A stretch of DNA of 63,641 nucleotides, filler included, from Octopus bimaculoides (lineage: Eukaryota), in assembly GCF_001194135.2 (NCBI RefSeq). It is 6 parts of 5 records of this genome, joined end to end, with 100 filler letters (N's around TTAATTAATTAA, not from the genome) between each part and the next. Parts side by side here need not be neighbours in the genome. Positions count along the whole stretch, not along the records: positions 1 to 9,299 come from NC_068984.1; positions 9,400 to 21,452 come from NC_068981.1; 4 more parts are not named here. One strand, 5' to 3'. Position 1 is the stretch's first letter. Every line of letters begins with the position of its first letter. The notes beneath the pieces were generated by a model. That model saw only the letters and a list, made by a program, of their open reading frames with translations. It made no database searches and was not told the DNA's origin. Shown here one piece after another: positions 1-11,500 of this stretch. A program made the position numbers and the translations under genes.

Positions 1-66
1 TCTTTCTCTCGCTGTCTGTCTGTCTGTCTTTCTCTCGCTGTCTGTCTGTCTGTCTTTCTCTCGCTG
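1..66. repeat. Compound CT/TCTG repeat (28-bp unit, ~2.3 copies)
   Basis: tctttctctcgctgtctgtctgtctgtc is repeated from base 1. Confidence 0.85.
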
Positions 67-99
67 TTTCTAATCCGGAACCTTCATCAAAGTTCGGTC

Positions 100-285
100 T
101 ATTACAAATACCAGTCAAATTTCCTTCAGATCGTACCATAATCTCTTTTTTTTTAATATATATATCAGGCTAAGTGTCCTTCATCTTTCAAGACGGTAGG
201 CAAAAACGGGGTAATCAGCTAATCCTGGCAGGAACGGTTTGTCAAAGCTCTACTCAATCAGTGACAAACTAAAATTAAACAATTC
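100..285 (+). mobile_element. Degenerate copy of an interspersed repeat (family C here)
   Basis: Related aaata-cagtcaaat-tccctca-atc motif; the reverse form atttggttgctatttcta occurs at ~8745-8790, ~25600-25650 and ~62545-62600, with further partial matches at ~27880-28020 and ~55345-55400. Confidence 0.45.
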
Positions 286-915
286 AATATTCTCTTTATT
301 TTCTTCTTTAAATTTTTATCACATACCTAAGTTATGTGTGTTACCAATATTTTACGTTATGTCTGCTTTGTATATCTAAGTTAACTGTGTTATCCACGAC
401 AATATTGTGTATTAGCCATATAAAAACTGTTCTTTTCGACAAAGACGGTGTAACTGTGATATATGAAATTTGTCATGTAAAGATCGTGATGCATTATTAC
501 GACGTAAAAATCTGTGCCACAGAAACTTCGAGTTGTAAAACTGTTATGTCAGAACTAAGTTACATCTGAACTTGGAAATGTGAACTATGAATTGTGATAA
601 ACTCTGTGAACTCTGATATTGAATAGTGATATTTGTATTGTTCCGCGTGTCGTAAGTACTGCGACGTGTGGATCGATATGAATTATCAGAGTAAATATAT
701 GTTCACAGACAATAATATTGATTAGCGGCAGTAAAGATAAAGGTTTGTGAGTCATATGAGACATAAACAATGTGACATTTAAAGATTGTCAAACGGTGAT
801 TAATTAAGTCAGTTTAGTAAAACATTTACAGGTGTCTAAAATGAGAGAATAAAATGAACTTCAATGATAAATCGTGAGTTCAAGACTGTGAAAGTTTGTT
901 TCCTCCCATATATTA

Positions 916-1131
916 GTTTCAAATTTTGGAACAAGGCCAGTAACTTCAAGGGAACGGAGTAAATGGATTACGTAGACTGCAGTACTCAACTGATACTTAT
1001 TTTATCGGCCCCGAAAGGTTGAAAAAGTTAAGTCGACCTCGGCGGAATTTGAACTAAAACGTAAGGAGGGCAAAATGTCGCTGTGCACTTTTCCCGGTAT
1101 GCCAACAATTCTACCAGCTTGCCCTCTTTGA
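916..1131 (-). mobile_element. tRNA-derived SINE, family A, with 14-bp TSD
   Basis: Reverse complement gives an A-box-like head, B-box gttcaaattcc and the core gtcgac..tttcatcctttcggggtcgataaaataagtaccag. Flanked by cctcccatatatta at 902-915 and 1132-1145. Confidence 0.9.
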
Positions 1132-1904
1132 CCTCCCATATATTAACAAATGACAATGAAATTTCAGGAAACAGAAGCATAGGGAAGTGTGATAATGTAA
1201 CATAAAGCTTTTAGACTGTTATTACTGTTAAAAGTGAAGAAATTTTACAGTTCCAAGGACGCAAATCCTAGACATAGGTACTGTGTATCATGCAAATAGT
1301 TCATTACAACAATAACAACAAAACACATTTCTGTTCAGTGACCTGGTTGTAAATAGTTTTTTGTAACGGTTTTGTCCCAAACAAGGCTTGAAACCACTGT
1401 AGCGAGGGACTATACATGAAAAAAAGAAGAGGTATACAAGTTCAAAAGATGTCAATTGAAAGACTACTCAAAGGACTAAAAACCATAGATTAAAGGAAGA
1501 GAAGACTTTTTTTTACTATGGAAATTTGAGCGTATGATGAAAACAATGCTCTGATATTTCATTTCATCATTTAGAATTCTGTGTTCAAATTACACCAAGG
1601 GCAACTTTGGTCGGTAAATTAAAGTTCCAGCACCAGGTCAATTAAATCAGCAATACATGTTCTATAAAAGAATGAACTCCTACCTATGCTTGAAACTATT
1701 GTTTAAATAAATATTGTAACATGAGGCCCTGGATCTGTTGAGTAGTTAAAATTTGAACGTTGGGGGAAAATGTATTGCGATGTTTACTCTGGTTCTTTAT
1801 GCTCTCTGTTCAAAACCCGCTTTCATCCCTCCTAGGTTAAAGTGCCAGTCAAGTTCTGCAGTCGATAGGATAGGATACCTCCCGCTCTATTCAGGACTGC
1901 TAGT

Positions 1905-2100
1905 TTCGCTACGATTGGTAGAATCGCTAGTGCGTCGGACAAAATGCCATTTGGTACTTCTCCTACTACTGAGAGCAACTCTACCTTTCATCCTTTCGGG
2001 ATCGATGAAATAAAACAAGTTACGAACTGGAGTCAATGTAATCGACGAACCCACTAAAATTTCAGGCCTTGTGCCAAAATTAGAAAGAACTATGATTATC
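1905..2100 (+). mobile_element. SINE family A, diverged copy
   Basis: ggtagaatcgctag head, ctttcatcctttcgggatcgatgaaa core, aaaatttcaggccttgtgccaaaattagaaa tail. Confidence 0.8.
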
Positions 2101-2260
2101 AATATTATCATAATTTCTTTTAAATTTTGTTATCAAATCCGTCAATTCTTCTTTTATCTTATATCCGTCCGGGATCACTAACAAAGTGCCAGCCAATTAT
2201 TGGTATTAATTTAATCGACTGTGCTTTCTACTGAAAATTTGTGGGCTATGTTAATATTCT

Positions 2261-2360
2261 CATCATCATCATCATCATCAACAACAACACGATCACCATC
2301 AAAATCTCGATGACCCCGACCACCACCATCACCACAAGTACCACTACCACAATCGTCACT
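2261..2360. repeat. (CAT)n/(CAC)n degenerate trinucleotide repeat
   Basis: Direct inspection of the sequence. Confidence 0.85.
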
Positions 2361-3089
2361 GCTATCTTTCTTATTGCCATTCTCGATGCCATCAATAGAA
2401 TCACTGAAGTATGGGATCTTATTTTTGATTCTGCTGCTTGACTGCCAAGATTTTTAAGTAGGCAAGCGAGAAATTGTTGAAAATCTCCTGTCAGATTAAG
2501 AAAGCNNNNNNNNNNTTATCTATATAATGTGCATGTAATCACACCTGTACCCATTCACAAACACTACATTCGTACATTCATATATACGCACGTGTGCAAG
2601 CACTCACACACACATATAATTTCGGGACAGTATTAGCTCTGGCCGTGTTTATCTTAAAAGCACCATCGTTTAAGCCAAACACATAGACGCACTCGTGTTG
2701 GGAGGTATTGCCGGACGAAACATTTCAGAGTGTCCATGGTTTCTCTCGGATTTGTAGGAGGAATTTGTCAGGATATCGTTTGAATGTTATGTGCTATTTT
2801 CTTCGTTGATTTACTTTGGTATAATACTGAGTAGAGTAAGACTAGCTAAAGAAAGTGAACAAAAACAGCGTCTTACTAAAATGCAGCTATACACTGTTAG
2901 TCGACTTTTGTAGAGGTCGTATTACATGCCCTCAACAAATGTCGAATAACTGCATACGCTTTTAAAAGTAGATATAAGCAACTTTTGATCTACGCTGATG
3001 GTATATCTTTCCATTATAGAAATGAAGTGGCGTTTACGGTGGCGTTAGCGAGAATACAGCCTGTTTTGGAGTGAACCCAGTAACCAAGA

Positions 3090-4500
3090 CCCATCATGCA
3101 ATTTATTATTTATCCCTTTCCTGAGTGTTGATGCATATTGAGGCTCCTCTGCTCAGGTCCCTCAATTCTTATAAGATTTTGCTTATTATGAGAAAATCAT
3201 AAAGGGAGACAGTGTTGCTTTTCTTTTCTGAGATGGTCAAATGTAAGGAATAGAAAGGCGAGATCATCTGCTCAAAGTATCCAAGATCATATCGTACATG
3301 TCATATTGACTTCATTGTTGATGTGCGCGCTCCAGTTGAGAGATTATTGTCGATAATTATTTATTAGGCTCTGATAGTATTGGAAGTCCTGCAGTGAGAG
3401 ACTATGGTCTTTGAAACAGGTCCTCTTCTTCAAAGTCGATGAGCCTCAAAATTACCTTCCTTTAGAAACACACAGTTTTGTTTCGCTCATTGGCACAACA
3501 TAAAAGTAAGACGAGATATATCCGGTCACCTATTCTTCTGATTTCCTTATTAAGCTTAGAGTCACCCGCAAACATTCTACTATCAATGATATTTGTGATG
3601 TTTAAGTAAAGTATGGAGTGAAACGGACCGAAAACATTTCCTTGGGACATATCACTAATCATTTCCGGGCGGATTCACTCGATCACAACATATTTGAATT
3701 TGCCAACCAGGAAGCATTTAATCTAGCGACAAAGTTTTCTGCGAACTTGGACTCCAATTTTGGATAGAATTTTCAATAGAATGTTACAGCAAAATCTGTT
3801 GAGGGACTTTAAACTCAAACACTGACAATGTCGTTATTCAATTGTTGAAGCTGTGTTAAGTAGTCTTTGCTTCATTAAAAAGCCATGTTGGTTTGGATTT
3901 AAGGTATAGCTGTTTTTCCTCAAGTTAGATATCTGTAATCTCACGACTCTCTCAAACGTTTTCAATTAATTACATGAAGATCAGTTGGTACTTTATTACA
4001 AGGGACTCATATCCGTTTTCGAAAACTGTGAATATAAAATGTTCAAGTATATAACGCGCGTGTAGCAATATTTTACGGAGATTAGATATTAGAGATGCAA
4101 ACTGGTTTCAGTATACCTTAGGACTCTTGTGAGGAATTTATTGGGACCTATTGTTGAGAAGTGTCTAATTTTATTTATTATTGCTATGATATTCAGCGTG
4201 TTTTAAAATTTATGTCAAACATGAGAAGTTAGGGATTTGTTTACACTAATAATGCCCAATAATGAACATGAAGTAGTATTGTTTCTGTAGAATCCATCTA
4301 CTTTCATTTGCCGATATTGTGGAGAATATTGTTTCCATCAACTAGTGAACTATTGGGTGAAATAGCGGCCCCTATGCTTTTTTGACATACAAAGAACTTT
4401 GGAGTTGTGCTTAGTTTTATAACTGGCAAAATCTCCCTCCACTGAGATTTCGTTGTCGATCATAATTTTCAGCCGGTTGAAGATGATACTTTTGTCGATT
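3090..4500 (-). pseudogene. Decayed CR1-type non-LTR retrotransposon RT region
   Basis: Minus-strand frames give, in the expected order, KTFERVV..LNPNQHGF, YLTQLQQL, LLKILSKIG..IKCFL, DMSQGNVFGP..RMFAGDSKL (decayed GVPQGSVLGP/LFADDTKL) and IIIDNNL/WSAHINNEV..SWIL. Many stops and frameshifts. Confidence 0.8.
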
Positions 4501-4904
4501 CCAGCGTTGTTATTGTTGTTTAATTTTGATGCTACTGCTGCTGTTGCTGCTGCTGCTTGGAGTGATACTTTAGTCCATTATTATGTTTATTAAATTTTAC
4601 CATTTTCTTAGTGTTTTCTCACTCTCTCGGGAGTCTACTTCTATTTTTGCTCACGAGATGTGTTGTGGTTTGGGAATGCATTAGTAACTATATCCCCAAA
4701 CATATGCTAATTTACTTTGATGTCAGAATACGTGTGTATATGAAAGAGCAGTCAACAAGCAATTGGTCATGTATAATTGCTCCCCAGTTTGTTTTGTGCA
4801 CATCCATATTTTCAAATGGTTGTGTTAAAGCAAATGTGCATGGTTTAGCCTTGAAATGCTAGAAACTAAGATTATAATGTACCATATCGTGGTAAGAGAT
4901 TTGC

Positions 4905-5000
4905 ACACGTGCACGCACACACGCATGCACGCACATACATACATACATACATACATACATACATACATACATACATACATACAGACACACGCACATACAT
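4905..5000. repeat. (ACAT)n microsatellite
   Basis: Direct inspection of the sequence. Confidence 0.95.
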
Positions 5001-6299
5001 ACAAAGAAATATCTGTGTATTTGTGTGTGCATGTGAGCTATTATATATTTACATGTATTTAGGAACAACACGATCCATACTAGCAGATACTAAAACAGAT
5101 GTCTACTTAAGGTTGCTCCTAACATTGTTTTGTACATCTACTACTCAACAGTAGATAAGAAAAAAAATATAGTATGCGCATGCCCACTATTTATAATAAT
5201 TTTCGGCCATCATAAATTCCGTAGGCAAAGGCGATAAATTATTTTTTAAAGGTGATGATATAGTACTGGTGATTTTTTTTCTTTATTTTTAGACTATCCA
5301 AACGAAATGAGCCGAAAACAAAATTAACAAGTAGATTGCACAGACGATTTCCCTCGTTGAAAATTACCGTTAATGACTATTATGTAGTAATTGTAATTAG
5401 ATAATTATTTTGATATTTACTAATATTAATCGTGTGTTACTCCGGTATATTTAAATGTTTACTTGCACATTTATTTGCATAGCTTAATTGTCGATATTTT
5501 GTCGCAACATTAGACGCAGCTGTGAAAAATTTTCTTTTATATATCTAAGAGATAAAATACAATGTATATTACATAATATAACTCGAATATTTAACTGTTG
5601 CTTCATTAAAAAAAACTGAGCACTCTGAAATGATATTATTACTAAGGAAATGTTAAATATGTTTTGGGGTCTATTTTGTCCTTTCGGTTTATACCAGGGT
5701 TCACGCCTTTCTCACAAAATTTACGAAGTTATGTAAAAAAAAAAATATGACCTGTTACTGGTAATTACTGTTTGTTTCATGGCCAGGCCATCTATAACTT
5801 AACCAACAGCACTGTTTAGCTGTCTCACTCTGGTGTGGGAAGAGTGGAAGGAAACTATGACAGGATAAAAAAATACCTTAAGTGTGGAGGAATTCAACAA
5901 GGAATCAAGGCCATCCAAGAAACCTACAAATGGAGTGCGACCCCATGAAATCGATTAAGGTTAGAAATGTAGACTCTCGTGAAAACCTCTGCACCTGGTT
6001 GTTTCTCAATGACGTACTAGCTTTTCTTTCCTCTGATACAGGGTGACAAAGCACATTGATAAATACGGGAATACTGATATTAGCTTAAAAGAATTCTAGT
6101 AAAGGTTATTTTATCAACTCATGTTTTGGTTTGTCTGAAACGGCAAACGGATGCCATAAATAGCAGAAAATAGCGCACAATTTATCTTTTCTTCCCCATT
6201 AATGAATGTTTCACGAAATATTAATTAATGAATTAGTTTAAATTAAATATTTACTCTGTCTACTTCTATAGATTGTGTCGTTCCACATTATATTTAAAC

Positions 6300-6445
6300 C
6301 TATCATAGGCAAACTGCGACTTGTGGGACATTTTAAATGTCACGACTAACCAAAAATTACCATGACTTTATTTAGTAATGTGGTCTGCCTGATGATGAGT
6401 CATGTCTTAAGCGGCCTGCTTCTCAAAGAAGGTTGCCCATGCTTG
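6300..6445. mobile_element. hAT (Charlie-like) MITE
   Basis: Imperfect TIRs: ctatcataggcaaact versus reverse complement caagcatgggcaacct. 8-bp flanking duplication atttaaac (6292-6299) / atttgaac (6446-6453). Confidence 0.7.
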
Positions 6446-7054
6446 ATTTGAACTGTACATATATTTTAAAAGAATTATCATGGTAAATTTAGTTGCAATA
6501 TCGAGCACACACTTGGTAAAATCATTATTATATGGTGCTATGTATTATAAGTTTTAACTAAAACACACACGTACCACACACACACGAACTCATATACATA
6601 CACACATATACAGTCAGCTACCAGATCAATGTTCAGCTTTTACTTGCTCTTAGATCCAAACTCACTCTGGTTCTTAATTCGGGATGCGTGTTATGGCAGG
6701 AGTGCACAATATCTTATTCAAGCTTTCATCTTATCACGCATAACCTATCTGCCACCAGGTGGACATTTTGCTCGACCAACAGCTAATGACACCATCTTTT
6801 TTTAATGATTTATGTAACTCGATTCATTTATATATAAATTTATATATTTTTTTTTTCCTTTACCTTCACTACTATTGATTTTACTCTTGTTATCGATCTT
6901 TCGAAACTCGCGTCATTATCTGTGTTCGTGATTCAGAGAAGGAACACGCCAAGATAACTTCAAGGTGAATCTGCCAAAGTCACATCAAGTCAGTTTATCA
7001 AAGTAGTAGCATTTCAGCAAATGGACCTCACCTCTCTGTTCGTTTTGTTCGGCC

Positions 7055-7794
7055 TCCTCCTCCTCCTCCTCCTCATCATCATCATCGTTATCATGATCAT
7101 CATCAACATGGTCTTTGGCATAATCATCATTATCATCATTCCTCATCATTATCACCACCACCTCCACTATCATCACTGCCATCGTCATCATCATCTTGTT
7201 GTTGTTATTCTCCTCATCTTCTTCCGTATTTTCTTTTTTCATAAATATTACAGTCATGTATGATTTGATGTGGAACTGTTTATGCTCACAGCTGCTACTA
7301 CAGTTGCTGCTGCTGCTGCTGCTGCTGGTGGTGGTGGTGGTGGTGGTGGTATTAGTGGTCGTTGCAGTGGTGGTGATTGGGTGTGGTGGTGATGCTGGTA
7401 ATGATAGGAAAGAGTTTTGGTCGCGGTTACTATGGTAGGGTCGGTAATACAGGGAGACGAGGAATGAACGGAAGCGAGAGGAGATTAGTTGAAATTGTTG
7501 GCAGCAATAGAAACTACACAAAAAAAACACAAAAAAAAAACAAAATGAAAGAACTAAGCCATCATCATCATCATTGTTGTCATCGTCGTTCTCATTATCG
7601 TCGCTGTCGTCTTCATCACCATCATCATCATAACCAATTTTATCAGCACGGACATCGTCGTCCTCCTCCTGCTCTTCTTCCTCCTCCTCCTCCTCCTCCC
7701 CCTGCTCTTCTGCCTCCTCCTCCCCCTGCTCTTCTTCCTCTTGCTCTTCTTCCTCTTGCTCTTCTTCCTCTTGCTCTTCTTCCTCTTGCTCTTC
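7055..7794. repeat. Compound trinucleotide low-complexity block (CCT/CAT/GCT/GGT/CTT; 15-bp gctcttcttcctctt unit at the gap edge)
   Basis: Direct inspection. It explains the poly-L/I/H/P/T ORFs in the track. Confidence 0.9.
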
Positions 7795-8404
7795 NNNNNN
7801 NNNNNNNNNNNNNNNNNNNNNNNNNNNNNNNNNNNNNNNNNNNNNNNNNNNNNNNNNNNNNNNNNNNNNNNNNNNNNNNNNNNNNNNNNNNNNNNNNNNN
7901 NNNNNNNNNNNNNNNNNNNNNNNNNNNNNNNNNNNNNNNNNNNNNNNNNNNNNNNNNNNNNNNNNNNNNNNNNNNNNNNNNNNNNNNNNNNNNNNNNNNN
8001 NNNNNNNNNNNNNNNNNNNNNNNNNNNNNNNNNNNNNNNNNNNNNNNNNNNNNNNNNNNNNNNNNNNNNNNNNNNNNNNNNNNNNNNNNNNNNNNNNNNN
8101 NNNNNNNNNNNNNNNNNNNNNNNNNNNNNNNNNNNNNNNNNNNNNNNNNNNNNNNNNNNNNNNNNNNNNNNNNNNNNNNNNNNNNNNNNNNNNNNNNNNN
8201 NNNNNNNNNNNNNNNNNNNNNNNNNNNNNNNNNNNNNNNNNNNNNNNNNNNNNNNNNNNNNNNNNNNNNNNNNNNNNNNNNNNNNNNNNNNNNNNNNNNN
8301 NNNNNNNNNNNNNNNNNNNNNNNNNNNNNNNNNNNNNNNNNNNNNNNNNNNNNNNNNNNNNNNNNNNATATCACAACATATCTGTTGGTAAGGATACAAT
8401 ATAG

Positions 8405-8540
8405 AGGTCGGCAAAAGAGACCGTTAAAATAAGTACTAGGCTTACAAGGAATAAGTCCCGGGGTCGATTTGCTCAACTAAAGGCAGTGCTCCAGCCTGGC
8501 CAGAGTCAAAGGACTGAAACAAGTAAAATAGTAGAAGAGT
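8405..8540 (+). mobile_element. SINE family B, 3' (tail) half
   Basis: tcggcaaaagagaccg..aataagtactaggctt..ggggtcgatttgctcaactaaaggcagtgctccagc..gactgaaacaagtaaaa matches the tails at ~29470-29585 and ~63350-63490. Confidence 0.85.
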
Positions 8541-9237
8541 GTATATACAAGGTGTTGGGCAGCTTAGGGCTATAGTAGAAAACATAGCCATGCCCGCACT
8601 TATAGTATAACAGATTACTTTGAGGTGTTTGGGTCCATTCCTGTCCTATCAGGCTCAAGTTACCCTTTATGTGCTCAGAAAGCCTACTGGATGAACGCAT
8701 AACCATCCAAGGCCTACATTTTTTTTTTGAGAAGGCATAATCTCAAAATTTTGGCTGCTATTTCTAGCCGATCAAATGAACATGTTCATGCAGCCTCATT
8801 GGCTGACAAGAAATCCAACTCTTAAGTAATGGGTTTGCGTATGATAATACTTGAAAAGAATACTGCGTAAGCAGAACCCTGCCTGTTAAACCAGTCTCAA
8901 GCTGATTCTACATCTCACATCTCGACAACATACCATTTTATTACCAAACGATTTTTAAAGGATATATCGAACCAAATATCTTTGATAAATACATCTCATT
9001 TAGTAACTGTGACCTTTCTTAGTGTTCCAGGTATAGCTTCAAAGGATTTACTCAATGCCCCTTCCCTAAATCTCTACTCTGGTTAAAGGGCCTATCGGAA
9101 ACGTTGGCTATTACTTTCAACAAAAACCTAGCATCTCCAGCTATCATATTCATGTCGACCAAGTCCATCATTCACCTATCAGCTGTGATGACTATCTTTA
9201 TTACCGATAAATATTCGATGTGTGCGCGTTGTGTAAA

Positions 9238-9299
<62 letters not shown>

Positions 9300-9343
9300 N
9301 NNNNNNNNNNNNNNNNNNNNNNNNNNNNNNNNNNNNNNNNNNN

Positions 9344-9355
9344 TTAATTAATTAA
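9344..9355. other. Artificial six-frame-stop spacer TTAATTAATTAA in a 100-bp scaffold gap
   Basis: Sits between two 44-N runs. The same construct recurs at 21497, 32721, 41785 and 57334. Confidence 0.95.
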
Positions 9356-9458
9356 NNNNNNNNNNNNNNNNNNNNNNNNNNNNNNNNNNNNNNNNNNNNA
9401 TATATATATATATATATGTATATATTCCTATGTGCGTTTTTATCCGTTTATATATATA

Positions 9459-9506
<48 letters not shown>

Positions 9507-10066
9507 ATTTCCAGGATTCAAGAGAATCAGGTACTTAGATAGTGAAGCACCGAGATCATGACCTGACACGTTATCGTGTTTGAATTTGGATCGGGAGAGT
9601 CAAATGGCATTATGTAATTGATCTTGCGATGTTCAAAATGTCTAATACTGACGAATTAAACATTTTGAAGTGGTTACATTCCAAACTGTGTCGTCGTGAA
9701 GTACATATGCAGATTACTGTGTTAAAATTCAACAATGTACATGTTTTAGTTCATTTGAGAGCAATACATACTTCTTGAAATTTCATAGAATTTGGTGTAT
9801 TGAAAATGACATTTTCCACGAGATTCTTTATAGAATGGGGAATACATTACGAATATAATAATGAATACTAATCATAATGATATTAATATAAATATAATAA
9901 CTTCTTAATAGTTACATACACGCGTAAAACATGTATAGGGTTTCTTTAATCTGTGTCTCTTCGGGCAACAAGTCAAAATTATTAAGTTTGCATACGCCAA
10001 GCCGACGGAAACACCCTGACCATAACAAATGCCATAACTCTCCATAACAAATATGATAACTCTCGG

Positions 10067-10109
<43 letters not shown>

Positions 10110-10191
10110 AATAAATTCAGGGAGGAAACAGACGAGAACTGAATTCTTTGCTTTGGTCATCGCAAGGCATACGCAGCTGCGTGCATCTGAA

Positions 10192-10985
10192 TGCATGTAT
10201 GTCTCTGCATGTATGTCTCTGCATGTATGTCTCTGCATGTATGTCTCTGCATGTATGTCTCTGCATGTATGTCTCTGCATGTATGTCTCTGCATGTATGT
10301 CTCTGCATGTATGTCTCTGCNNNNNNNNNNNNNNNNNNNNNNNNNNNNNNNNNNNNNNNNNNNNNNNNNNNNNNNNNNNNNNNNNNNNNNNNNNNNNNNN
10401 NNNNNNNNNNNNNNNNNNNNNNNNNNNNNNNNNNNNNNNNNNNNNNNNNNNNNNNNNNNNNNNNNNNNNNNNNNNNNNNNNNNNNNNNNNNNNNNNNNNN
10501 NNNNNNNNNNNNNNNNNNNNNNNNNNNNNNNNNNNNNNNNNNNNNNNNNNNNNNNNNNNNNNNNNNNNNNNNNNNNNNNNNNNNNNNNNNNNNNNNNNNN
10601 NNNNNNNNNNNNNNNNNNNNNNNNNNNNNNNNNNNNNNNNNNNNNNNNNNNNNNNNNNNNNNNNNNNNNNNNNNNNNNNNNNNNNNNNNNNNNNNNNNNN
10701 NNNNNNNNNNNNNNNNNNNNNNNNNNNNNNNNNNNNNNNNNNNNNNNNNNNNNNNNNNNNNNNNNNNNNNNNNNNNNNNNNNNNNNNNNNNNNNNNNNNN
10801 NNNNNNNNNNNNNNNNNNNNNNNNNNNNNNNNNNNNNNNNNNNNNNNNNTGCATGTATGTCTCTGCATGTATGTCTCTGCATGTATGTCTCTGCATGTAT
10901 GTCTCTGCATGTATGTCTCTGCATGTATGTCTCTGCATGTATGTCTCTGCATGTATGTCTCTGCATGTATGTCTCTGCATGTATT
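10192..10985. repeat. 14-bp minisatellite (GCATGTATGTCTCT)n spanning a gap
   Basis: Identical units occur on both sides of the 10321-10849 gap. Confidence 0.97.
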
Positions 10986-11372
10986 TGCTGCTCTATTTGA
11001 AGTATCATTTACTTCATCACCCAAGTATCATTTACTTCATCTCACATCTCCCATTGTATAATGATGTAAATAAATAGCTTCATGATGACTGAATTGGCTT
11101 ACATGTATTCAATGTTTTAAATGTGACAAAGCAATTCTAAAATTATAATAATCACTTCCTGTTGTATTAAAAACCCCTTTCTCTCGAAACAATAGTCTAT
11201 GTTGTCCTCAGCAGCATTATACCAATTCTCATCGTATGAAGATTATCAATACATGAACTTGGAATATATAAATTTATGTTCTCCTACATCCCACTTTCTA
11301 TTTCTATTTTTCGTTCTCCCTGCCACTCAGTCATGCATTTTACATCTTAACCTTTCTTTTTCCCTCATGTGT

Positions 11373-11423
11373 CTCTATCTATCTATCTATCTATCTATCC
11401 ATCCATCCATCCATCTATCTATC

Positions 11424-11497
<74 letters not shown>

Positions 11498-11500
11498 AGA
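11373..11500. repeat. (TCTA)n/(TCCA)n microsatellite
   Basis: Direct inspection of the sequence. Confidence 0.95.

Noticed and set aside
330-860. TG-rich unique stretch starting tgttacc, considered as a solo LTR; also two short ORFs
   Set aside because: No defined ..CA end, TSD, PBS or PPT, and no second copy. The ORFs have no recognisable motifs.
6985-8476. Long ORFs (181-351 aa) with poly-T/S/D/E/H/P/L runs
   Set aside because: These are translations of trinucleotide repeats and N runs in all frames, with no complex coding sequence.
8900-9200. Minus-strand reading faintly like an RT motif (NVSDRPFNQSRDLGKG)
   Set aside because: Too degenerate. No neighbouring RT motif in the right order could be confirmed.
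9912-11077. Six overlapping ~270-370-aa ORFs with 14-aa repeats
   Set aside because: Product of a stop-free 14-bp minisatellite plus Ns.
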